A model generated the notes under the pieces. That model searched no databases, was not told where the DNA came from, and saw only the letters and a program-made list of their open reading frames with translations. From NCBI GenBank assembly GCA_030141605.1, contig JAQGDQ010001415.1:1-42001 (forward strand): 42,001 nt of DNA, written 5' to 3'. Positions within the stretch are counted from its first letter, which is position 1; every line of letters starts with the position of its first letter. Both the position numbers and the translations under genes were made by a program. The DNA comes from Tubiluchus corallicola (taxonomy: Eukaryota > Animalia > Priapulida). Below, one piece after another: positions 11,381 through 21,895 of the stretch.

Positions 11381-14200
11381 TTATGCTGGTACGTACTCAT
11401 TTGTTACGCGTTTTGAGTGTGAAACCTGCACCATTAATAGAACTGGCCACGTGGCAGCTGACGGCGAAAATGCCACAACCCAAATCCTTCTCTTTAACTC
11501 TGAATTTTGGATGTTATCTTTTGCACTTGCTTGCTTGCATCTAGGTGTCTTCTTTGGCATTAAAACGTAGATGTAGTGCTGAATTGGGCATGTCTGGCTA
11601 TTTGCTTACAAAGACATAAAAGCTTTTGGAAAAATGCATGGTGCCATCTTTAAATTCAAGATGCATGCCACAGTTTTATATATTCAGATTGGCATTAAGT
11701 TGTAACGAGTCCGGTGTCCAGCGCAGATCCGTCTCGGAATGTATAAAGCGGCATACAAGCTATGAAATATTACAGCAGACGAGAAAAGTTGAAAGATCCA
11801 GAATACGAGTATAAAATAAACTTTACAGCATAAACAGTAGCGCCAAATCTTCAGAAGGACATGTGAACAGACTTATGTATAAGAATTAGCAAGCATACAT
11901 CATTCATCCGTACAGACAGAAATGTCAGGTGGGAATCGTCAAATCACGGCATGCATTCTGCTATACAGGTACAGTTGTATTACTGACATTAAGGGGTTGG
12001 TCAAAATCCGTCTTCCTAACACTATCATAAATTGAAGTATATATACTATATATATGTATATAAATGCTGTATATAGATTTTAGCAGAATAATAAGTACAC
12101 ATATATAAAAAATTGCACAGTAATTTGAAGTGAATCTGCCCCTTAAAAAGATTAACCTATCTAGAAAGAAGGACATACTTACATCCATTATTCGTTTTAG
12201 GTACCGATCTTGTTTGCGAAGTTCCCTCATAACAGCATCAATGCGAGCCTGAAGGATCTCGGTTCTACAGGTCGGTTCATTAAGTTTAATTTTATGATAA
12301 AGAACAGACAGCTCACACATATCTTCTTCTTTTGAATCAAGCACCTGCTGAGTTTCCTGTGAGTTTAAGTTAAATCTTAACTTGTAATTTAAAATAAAAA
12401 AATTGTAGTTTGGTCAACTAAACAATAAATTATAAATTGACAAAAGCGCTCATTACATTCAAAAGTTTCTCAGAGAAACCATAACTAAAAGAGTCATTCA
12501 TATAAAAACAGCTACTTTGACTTTTTGTGCTATGATGGTACTAAACATTTTTAATGAGAAAAAAACTGCATTTCACTATTAACAGGTTTTGACACAAGCA
12601 TTAAAGTTTCTATGATTACATTTATTAAAAATCAAAAACAAATAGCAAGATCCCCACATATCTCAAAATAATTTTTTTCTTTTTTAAATAGGTCAGATCA
12701 TCCAAAGTCAACACAAGTAAACAGCCTCAAGAAAGGTAACAGAAAATTGACCAAGCTGACAAAATGATCAGTTTGCTTAATATAGTAGTCAATGCATATG
12801 AATAACGTTGTTTTACCTTGCACATTACTCATATATTATCATTAAAAAAACTTTGTTATTACATTTAAACTGCACAATGTAATTGCACTAGCGATAAACT
12901 GTTGAACTATTTGCTGCTGCATTTTACACTGTGAATTTAACAGGTTATAGACAGCAGTCCAAGTAAAGGTTTATTTTTTTACATACAACAAAACAGTGCA
13001 CATTTTTTTACTTATATTTTAGCTTACTTAAACGTACTCTCACCTGAGTTTGTTGGAGAAGTGCAAACGGATCTTCGTAGCGAAGAGGTAGGTCCATAAC
13101 CGTTTCAGCAACATGCGTTACCCATACTTCTGTGTCCGCTACTCGGCGAATGGTGTGCTGTACCAACTCTTCATGATAACTTCTGTATGTATCCTGCACC
13201 TGCAAGTTTACAAAACAGTGAACATCTGTTTATCCAGAGTATGAAGTTATACACGATAAATCAGATTTTTAATGATAAATAATGAATAATTAGTCCAATA
13301 CGTTGCTATAAACTTTATCAAATTGCTCCTTGGACTGCATTTATTAAAAAAATAGCCTACTTTTGAACTTACAAAATAATTTAATTAAAAAAACCTTACT
13401 TCTTTAGTTGGCAGTTCTGTGGGATGAGGATCAGGCAATTCTGGTTCTTCCTCACTCACATGCAGCTTTCTAATAAAAAGCTTGAACATTTCAGTATATG
13501 TCATTGTCGACAAATCATGTCCGTAAAGACGGTCAAAAACCGCATCTTCTTCCCACCGTGTACCAACAGGAATGATGTAATCTTGCCCAACATGACTGTT
13601 TCTACATTTTAAAGACAAAATAATCAACATAAAGGTGTTATAAAAGCAATAAAAGATCTTTGGGTCTTATTTTAAGTGAAGGAAAAGTATTGAGTCAATT
13701 CCGCGAAATCATTTGAGTCAATTACCGACAGTTTTTATATATATTTGGATAGGAGCGGCCCATTCCAGATGCACATAACAGAACAAACAGAAAAAATAAA
13801 CAATCAATTTTGATTTAACACAAAAAATGTATTAGCAACAGGTTTTAAAAGAAAGTTAACTACAACATACTAACAGGGAAGAACTACTTCTTTAAAGGCT
13901 TGCATCTGTTTACTAGAAATAATACAGAAATTCAGTTATTTTTCTTTAAAAATATTAATTTAATTAGTTTGCAATAACAAAAGTAATAATTAGGCATCTT
14001 TTTTGCAAAGCTACGTAGTTCGTCATCAAACTATTAATACCAAAGCAGGTTATATTGTAACTAACAAACCTTGCTGTGTTTTGTACTTGCTGCGCATCTG
14101 CAGGATTTAACAGTGGCATACATTCAGAAGCAGTGGAGTCAAAAGAATCCGAGTCAAAAGAATCCGACTTAAAATAATCCGAGTCAGGATCTTGCGGCAT
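11381..14200 (-). CDS. Spliced spectrin-repeat-like protein, paralog 2 with alternative N-terminal exons (about 235 aa)
   Basis: Exons 14215-14070 (ATG 14200, ends phase 2), 13601-13400 (phase 2 to 0), 13199-13044, 12356-12183, probable last exon 11425-11381 (VSHSKRVTNEYVPA*); all AG/GT-bounded, frame-compatible and stop-free. Confidence 0.65.
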
Positions 14201-14488
14201 TTTTTCCAAAACAATCTACAAAGTTTAAAAAACATCAAACAGCCACAAAATATTTCAATACTCAATGTATCACATATAACACTACAACACAACAATAAAC
14301 ATCAAAACAAAGAAAATTATTTAACAAACTTTATGTGCATTTAGCACTCAAACAAGGCAATTTTCTCTCTCGAGTTCTCTCTGAGAGTTCTTGCTATGAA
14401 TAGAGCTTGTCTGCTTCCCTGCTTGTATGCGAGGGAACTCTCGGCAATTAATAACATTTTTTGGTATATTGTACATTAACATGGTTAA

Positions 14489-15100
14489 CCCTTTCACTAC
14501 AGAAGGCGGAACACTGCCGCCTATGTTTTTCATGCAAGGGACAGAAGGCGGTAGACTGCTGCCCAAGCTCAGCACTAAGCACAGTCAAGCAGGGGTGTTT
14601 ATATCACTGCTACGGCCATGCAAAACAAACATTATAGAAAAGCTTAACAGCCAAGGGATTGGGATTGCTTTGCAGCAACTAACGCTAACCAGCATCTGAA
14701 GCCAGGTGCATTTCACAATACTGCACTGTATAGTGTGTTCTCTGCAAAATTGCTTGTTAATAGTTGCTGAAACCTGTTTAGTCACTTGTTCTGCATTCTT
14801 CTAAAATAATTGTGTATTATGAATTAGTAGTATGAGTTTTGTGAAAACTGGTTTCTAAATATAAGTACATGCTTATTTATGAGAGTGTGTGTGTGTGTGT
14901 GTGCGTGCGTGTGTGCGTGCATATGTGGGTGCGTGCGTGCGTGTGTCGAAGAAAGCTAATATTTAATATCAGTACTCAATAACGAACAACTATTTTGTTT
15001 ATTTACAAGATTCTGTTTTAGTAACACACCAAAAGAAGTTATTGTCAAATGTGCAAAAGTCAATGTGGCTCAGTTAAAAAGCAACTATGTACTGAAAGGG
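14489..15100. mobile_element. piggyBac-type MITE, copy 2
   Basis: Same TTAA|CCCTTTCACTAC...GTACTGAAAGGG|TAAA ends as 5973-6640, so it inserted before the duplication. Confidence 0.7.
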
Positions 15101-15689
15101 TAAAGTTAGCTACCTAATTAAAATGTAATACAGTGACACAAGAATCACAGTCAAATATTGTTGTTCAGCAATGTTATAACCCGTAAGAGTAGCATATTTT
15201 CCAGTTATTTAAATAAAAGTACATAAATAATGAACTACTCTTTCAGTAGTTCTAAGGATGATGGACTTCAGAATATCAAAAACAGGACCTTACAATTACA
15301 TCCATTTAACAACCATTAAACGAACAATTTAAGCGGCATTGACACTCAAGTCCTAGGTGGCAAACTCCAAGATGCTCTATGGTTATATTTCAAAGGGTGT
15401 TCAAAGTAATCATGATCAAGCAAGTTTTCAAACTCCATGAAGTGCAGAAAAAAACAAAAAGTACAGTGTAATAGCTGTAAAAAAATTAATGTAACCAGTG
15501 TGATGAACAGTTCCTGGTTTCACCAATAATTTGGACCGTCTCTACCTATTCCAGTAGCCATCAACTTCAGAGTATTCAGAGCTGATGGATAATATTGTGG
15601 AAACTGTGCTGCACTTGTGCAAATTGTGTTTCTCTATAACTCAGAATTATGGACAATTAAAGCACAACACGAATCAGAAATTAATGCAT

Positions 15690-16040
15690 TTCAAAGAAGA
15701 AACTATTCTAGAAATAAAATGGCCAAAGAAAATATCAAACCAGGATCTGTACAATAAAGTCAAAGCAGAGGAATGGACAATTGAAAGGAGAAGATTAAGA
15801 TGGACAAGACATGCTATACGACTACCAGATGACAGTCCAGTAAAGTTAGCTTTCAAAGAAGCAGTGCAGAAAGAAAAGAAACCACAAGGAGGACAGCTGC
15901 TGACATATCAATTTCATCCAAAAAGATCTTATCAACACACCACTAGATATCAAAAATAGAGAAACATGGAAGATTGCAGGTGACAGGGCAGCATGGAGTA
16001 AAGTGATCAGGAAAGTCATGTCAAACGACATGTGACTCTA
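15690..16040 (+). mobile_element. RTE-like LINE 3' fragment (decayed)
   Basis: ILEIKWPKKISNQDLY...IERRRLRWTRHAIRLPDDSPVK matches the RTE ORF C-terminal pattern (RRLRWxGH); frameshifted tail ...AGDRAAWSKVI. Confidence 0.75.
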
Positions 16041-17211
16041 TAGATGAGGTTAATATTGTGGACAAGCTTATATGCATTAATAAGTTGACCTCTAAGGCAT
16101 TTAAAACACAGAGCAATTACTGCAAAAAGGAATGAGTTCACATTCAGTGAATTTATGTGGAAATGCTCAGAACTGTCTAGACCCTCAAAAGATATTTAAT
16201 AATAGCCTATACCATAGTCCTCAAGGAGGACAAGGACTAGAAGTGTCTATGTTCAATGAAAAATGATTACGATGAGGCAGCTTCAGCACAATTCAATTCA
16301 ATTTTCAATTTCAATTTATTGCTCAAATGCATAATTATAGTGTATATTGGCAAAGTACAATACAGCACATACATGTCAAATAATGCATACATGAAAAGTT
16401 AATTCGTAAAAGCTCTATGCAAAAGGTTAGTTTCAGTGTTAGTAATAACAATAATTAACATTTTTGGTAGAATTTGTTTTAAATAGATAAGTTAGCTAAC
16501 TAATTAAATAGAAGTACACTGACATAAAATCACAGTTAAATGTTGTATTTTTCAGCAATGAAAGAAAAGGAAAAAGTGACTTGAGTTTCATTTGTTTCAG
16601 CTATTTGAATAAAAGTTTATAAAGAAAAAAAAATAATGAACGAGTTATAAACGAATAATGATCAAAGTTTGCTGCTGTAATGCTGATTTCTTCTTCTGTG
16701 GAGATCGGAGAAGTTGTTGCTGACGTTAAGTTTCTTGAACTAATGTAGACTACGATTCAAACTTATAAATACGTGAAGCACAGAATCAGCAGGGTGCTAA
16801 AAAATCAAAATATCTTATCTAATGAAATAAGGACCTAAATGATAAGGATTAAACTGAATGCATTTAACAATAGAAACTGTAGAATCTTTAATTATCACTG
16901 AAGTGCTAACCTCGCCTAACTATCTAAGTTTTCTCATACCCAGGCTACAGTACAAATTTGAGTATTTGAAATCACTAGAAACTTAGCTACATAATCAAAG
17001 TGATAATGATTATCACCTATGGACGATTACCTACCTACCTCCTGTTCCAGTTTCAGTTCCTTTTTTGAGACGTTTGCACGTATTTTTTGTGCTAACACGT
17101 TTCTGCGGCTTATGCAACAGCGATTGCGATTGCGATACTCGACTCTCTCCACCTATCAGAGGCGGGCACCTTTATAGGGTGCAAAGTCTATTCTTCTTTA
17201 ACGCTGATCTT

Positions 17212-20200
17212 TTATTTGTCTTTTCCAAGTTTAATGTCTTTATTTGTCTTTATCCTGTATTCCATACATTCGTTCACTAGATTTCTAATTTCTAGCAATC
17301 CTTCCTTTTCACTGTTCATTAATACTTCCGAGTTCAAAATTTTTTTCCATTCTCCATATCTGTAACATCTAAGCATATGTTCAGTAGTGTCATCATCTTC
17401 CTCACACACTGGGCATAATAACTGATCCTTAAACTCATTCTTGTAGTTCCCCTTAACTTTAATCATATTCAGTCTTATTTTCAATATATCTTTAACCTCT
17501 TCTGGCTTGCATGTGTCTATGTAATTTTGTCGTTTCCACTCGGTATGCCTTAAAAATCTTAATTTAGTGCTGCTCCTGCATTTTTCTGCACATTCGCTCT
17601 TTATACAACGTTCAATCTTATTCTTTATTTCTTTCTTCCATTCAGACTTTTTCATGACCTTCACCCTTTCTTTATTAGCATCTATGGTATATATTTTTGC
17701 AGTCTCAAATACTTCATTATACCATGACCTTTTGTGTACACTGTTTATTTGCATTTCGAGTATCTCTGATGCTAATCTCTTTGGTTTACTAATCAATAAA
17801 TTCCGATAGAACATCAATCTCTATAGTTTACTTTATGTTTTAGAGGCCATATGCCTATTTCAGTTACTAATCCCCAGTATGGCGTTGATTCACTAAGGTT
17901 AAATAATGTTTTTAAAGCATTTGCTTGAATCATTTCTAATTTCTCCCAATCAGTTGTTGTCAAATTTGACCATGTCTCAGAACTATTTAGCACTGCACTC
18001 ACTGAAAGAAGCTCGTACAGCATTAGTTTTACCCCTATTGAGCAATCTCCCACTTTCAGCTCACCTCCTATTGTATTGATGTAACTAATTATCATTTTGT
18101 TTTTCCCGGTTCGTTTTCCAAACATTATTTCATAACTACCTTTTGTATTTATCCAATCTCCCAAATATTGGTATTCCTCTACTTCCTTAACCTCTCCGTT
18201 CCTTAGTGACTCACATAATTCTGGGATCCTTTTCTTTCGTGTCATGTTAGTTCTCATATATTGTGTTTTCTGTATATTGAATGATAATCTTTTGGTTCTT
18301 TCAATTTCTTGACAGTTTTTAATCATCTGCTTGATTATAGTTTCTTGTCCTATTCCGACAATATCGTCAATGAATAATAACATACCCACATGTATATTTC
18401 TGCCCATTACAGTCCCTGTTGTCACCATCTCATTAATCCGGTTTATTGCAGCACAACATAGTAATGGTCCCAACACTGTTCCCTGTCGGACTATTTCATT
18501 TATTTCTATCTGGTCTGTTTTTCCCAATGGTGTTTCTATAACTATTTCTGCAATTTCATTCAGTTTATATATCATAAATATTTCTCCTGGTGATATGCCC
18601 ATCCTCCATAATTCTGTCAATGCATCTTTCAACCACAACTTATCAAAACACTTTTCTATGTCACAAAAAATTATGTACACTTCATTTTTATAAAACCTGT
18701 TGTACTCTAACATTGCCCTCAAGGTGTACAGATGGTCATAGACCCCTCTGTTTTTTCTTCCGCCACATTGATGTACTCCTATGTTTTCTTCAAATTTAAC
18801 TATTATTCTATTTTTGATCACTTTTTCCATTAGTTTACTGAAAATATTTGTTATGAACAGCCCCCGTCTATTTTTCATCTCTTTCTTGTCGCCTTTTCCC
18901 TTATAAATTGACTTTATTTTCATTTGGGCCCATTGTTTCGGTATTTTCTTTTGCTTCATTATTTCATTCAGCATTGCTGCTATACTATCAATAAATCCCT
19001 TCCCTGCTTGTTTGATCATTTCATTCTTCCATCCTTGCATGTCTGGAGCCTTTTTATTTTTTAGTGATCGAACTGCTTCATTCACTTCACTGTTAGTACT
19101 TTCTTTTACTTCCTCCTCACTTGCCATTTGTTCAACATGTTTGAAAATTTGTTCAACCCTTGATTCTATCATTTGCTCATATTCATCCTCTGTCTGAGTA
19201 GGAGTTAGCAATTCTTCATAATATTTTTTAAAAATCAACTTAATTTTTCCTGGATCCTCTTGGATCTCACCTTGTTTATCTCTCATTGCTATAGCTTCTT
19301 CCATTTTAGGTTTATCGATGCCCTTTTTGAATTCCCAAAACAACTGCTGGTTAAGTTTTCCATTTACTGTAATTGTCCTAACAGTTTTATTTATTCTATT
19401 TATTTGTTCCTTCCTTTGCACAACCCTCATCATGTTTTCTATTAGTTCAATTTTTATTTTTATCATTCTTTTCCTTTCCGAGTCTTCTTCATCGCTCATT
19501 TCCCGTTTTAACTTACGTCTTTCTTTATTTAGCTTCCTTGACATTTTACTTCCATATTTTTGTTTCCTTTTTCCTTTTACTGAAAGGCACCTGTCTCTTA
19601 CTACTGCAGCTTGATTTATCCAGCCATCATATTTGCTCTGAATTGATCTGTTACTGCTCCATACTTTACTAAATATTTGATCATCAGTTTCTTTTTTGTA
19701 TCTGTTCATTTTATTTTTATTAGACACTACTAATTTTTTTATCTCATCACTTTTATCTCTTTTCATTTTACTAATCTCAACCCAATCAAATTCACTATAT
19801 ATTGTGTTATGGTCTGTATATACAATTTTTTTCTCGCCACTACTAGTCACTCTGTACACTCCATACAGTTTTTGTTCATCAACAAGTGTGAACTTATGTG
19901 CATTTACATCATTTGCACTTATTATTATATAATCAATAACAGATTTTTTCCCAGCTTCTTTTCTTGTCCAAATTCCTGAGCATTCTTCAGTTGCATTTAA
20001 TATTACTAGTTTTTCTTTTTTAACCAGATTTAGTAACATTTTCCCTGCCCAAGTTATTTCATCACTATTACCTTCGATAATATTTCCTACTTTTGCATTG
20101 AAGTCCCCTATAAGCAAGCACTTCTGGTTTTCATTTTTTGCTTTTTGTACTTGCTTACGTATTTGTTCATACATTTTCTTCATTTCTTCTTTATCTGTCC

Positions 20201-20630
20201 TACTTTCCTGAGGTGCATACAATAATCCTACTCTCAATTTTACTTTTGAATTATCCATTACAACCCATAATTGTTCACCTACTTCATTATACTGATCAGC
20301 TTTTATTGTTACATTTTTTAAGTCATTTTTAATTGCCAATAATATCCCCCCTCCGTATTTATTTCTATTCAGTTGGAACACTTTGTAACCCTCAATTTGC
20401 ACTGATTCTTCTTCCCCCAAATGAGTTTCAACAATTCCTATTACACTAGGCTTTTTTTCCCTTATCACTCCATACAATGACTCTAGCTTATTATTTAGCC
20501 CTCGACAATTTGTATATACTACATTAAAATTTTTAAACTTCTTTTTCTTTTTCTGAGATCTTTTCACTCTTACTTTTTTTTCTAATTCCACAGTTTTTCT
20601 TTTATTGCATTGATTTCTCTCACTAAAAAA
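17212..20630 (-). CDS. LINE ORF2: AP endonuclease + reverse transcriptase + C-terminal CCHC-type finger; one frameshift at about 17818
   Basis: APE motifs (YTNCRGL, ETH, GDFN, SVIDY, TDHN); RT motifs (DIEKCFD, VRQGTVLGPLL, FIDD, YLG); C-terminal CPVC-x8-H-x3-C in ORF 17212..17817. The frame is open from 20630; the listed start at 20591 is GTG. Confidence 0.93.
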
Positions 20631-21895
20631 TTAATCTGCTCAACTAAACTTTCATTTTGTGTCTTTTGTTCATTTTTATTTGTTTCTAGAGTTGTCTGCT
20701 GTCCTTCTCGTTCTTGTGTTCGTAGGTATCTCTTTTCATCATCGTTAAAAAAATGTCTGTATCTGCACCTACTACCATATTTGCATTCACCATCATACTT
20801 GTAATTCCAACACAAATTTGTCTTTTCCTTATCCTCCCCAGGTTTCAAATAATGTCTAAACCTACACTTGCTTTCAAATTTGCAATATTTATTCCTTCCA
20901 AAATAGGAACACAACTTTTGTTCATATTCTCCTTGTTTGGCTCTATGTGCACTTTCACTGAGCTCTTGACACTCCTTTTTTGTTTTGTAGTGTCTAAACT
21001 TGCATCTGTTTTCAAATTTACACCACACATTTTTTGCAACATATCTGCATAGTGGCGTATCAGGCTCTGCCTCCTCTCTTTGACTCTGTGTTTCTTTTCT
21101 GGAATCATCTTCCTTCTTATTAGATTCATTGTTTTCTTTTTCCTCTTCATATGTTCCTCCCATACCCATTTTGCTCATCAACAATTCTTCATTTATCTTT
21201 TGTAGATCACTTATGTGCCTGTTTAGGCTATTTACTGTAGTTCTATTTTCCGCTGCCTCACTTATCAATTTTTCTAGTTGTTGTCTGAGTTGCACTGCTT
21301 CTTCTTTCAACTTTTTTATTTCACTTTCATATTTCTTTCTCTTTAAGTCAAACTCAGCCAATTGATCCGTTTTCTTATTCACTTCTTGCCTCATTTTCTC
21401 TAAGTCATCTTTCAAATTTTCTACTTCTCTTTCTTTGCATTTCATTTCCTCCTCTAGATTTCCTAATTGTACTTCATTCAACAGCTGTGTATTTTTTTGC
21501 ATTCCCATGCCTTCCTTTATCTTCTTGACTTCTTCTTCGCACTTATCGCAAAACCAGTGCAAAGTGTCATTTATAACTAATGCACTTGCTGTGCCTACCG
21601 CTTTATACGCTTTCTTTGACATGCCAATGCACTCTCTGTGCAGCCATTTCTCGCACCAGAAACAATACATTCCATCTTCCCCAATCTCCACTCTTTTTAC
21701 ACATTTACTGCACACTTCAGCCCCACTTATTTTCCTTTCCTTTCTTCCCTCTCCTTCATTCTCCTTTTGAGTTTTACTTTCTGACTTTTCTCCATTTTTC
21801 TCAGTTAAAGCTTCATCCACCACTTGCACAAAATCACACAATGCTCTTTCTATCCTGGTGCTCTGTATCATTTCTTCATCACGCTCCACTTCCAT
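20582..21895 (-). CDS. LINE ORF1: PHD finger, coiled coil, three C-x8-C-x5-C-x3-H zinc fingers (437 aa)
   Basis: CSKC...CFWCEKWLHREC...WFCDKC (PHD); E/K-rich heptads; CRYVAKNVWCKFENRCKFRH, CSYFGRNKYCKFESKCRFRH, CWNYKYDGECKYGSRCRYRH. Confidence 0.92.
   Translation of the reverse strand: MEVERDEEMIQSTRIERALCDFVQVVDEALTEKNGEKSESKTQKENEGEGRKERKISGAEVCSKCVKRVEIGEDGMYCFWCEKWLHRECIGMSKKAYKAVGTASALVINDTLHWFCDKCEEEVKKIKEGMGMQKNTQLLNEVQLGNLEEEMKCKEREVENLKDDLEKMRQEVNKKTDQLAEFDLKRKKYESEIKKLKEEAVQLRQQLEKLISEAAENRTTVNSLNRHISDLQKINEELLMSKMGMGGTYEEEKENNESNKKEDDSRKETQSQREEAEPDTPLCRYVAKNVWCKFENRCKFRHYKTKKECQELSESAHRAKQGEYEQKLCSYFGRNKYCKFESKCRFRHYLKPGEDKEKTNLCWNYKYDGECKYGSRCRYRHFFNDDEKRYLRTQEREGQQTTLETNKNEQKTQNESLVEQINFLVREINAIKEKLWN

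Larger units (their letters stand above)
11349..15325. repeat. Segmental duplication, copy 2
   Basis: See copy 1. Lacks about 245 bp matching 3492-3735 and has an unrelated middle block at about 13345-14160. Confidence 0.95.
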
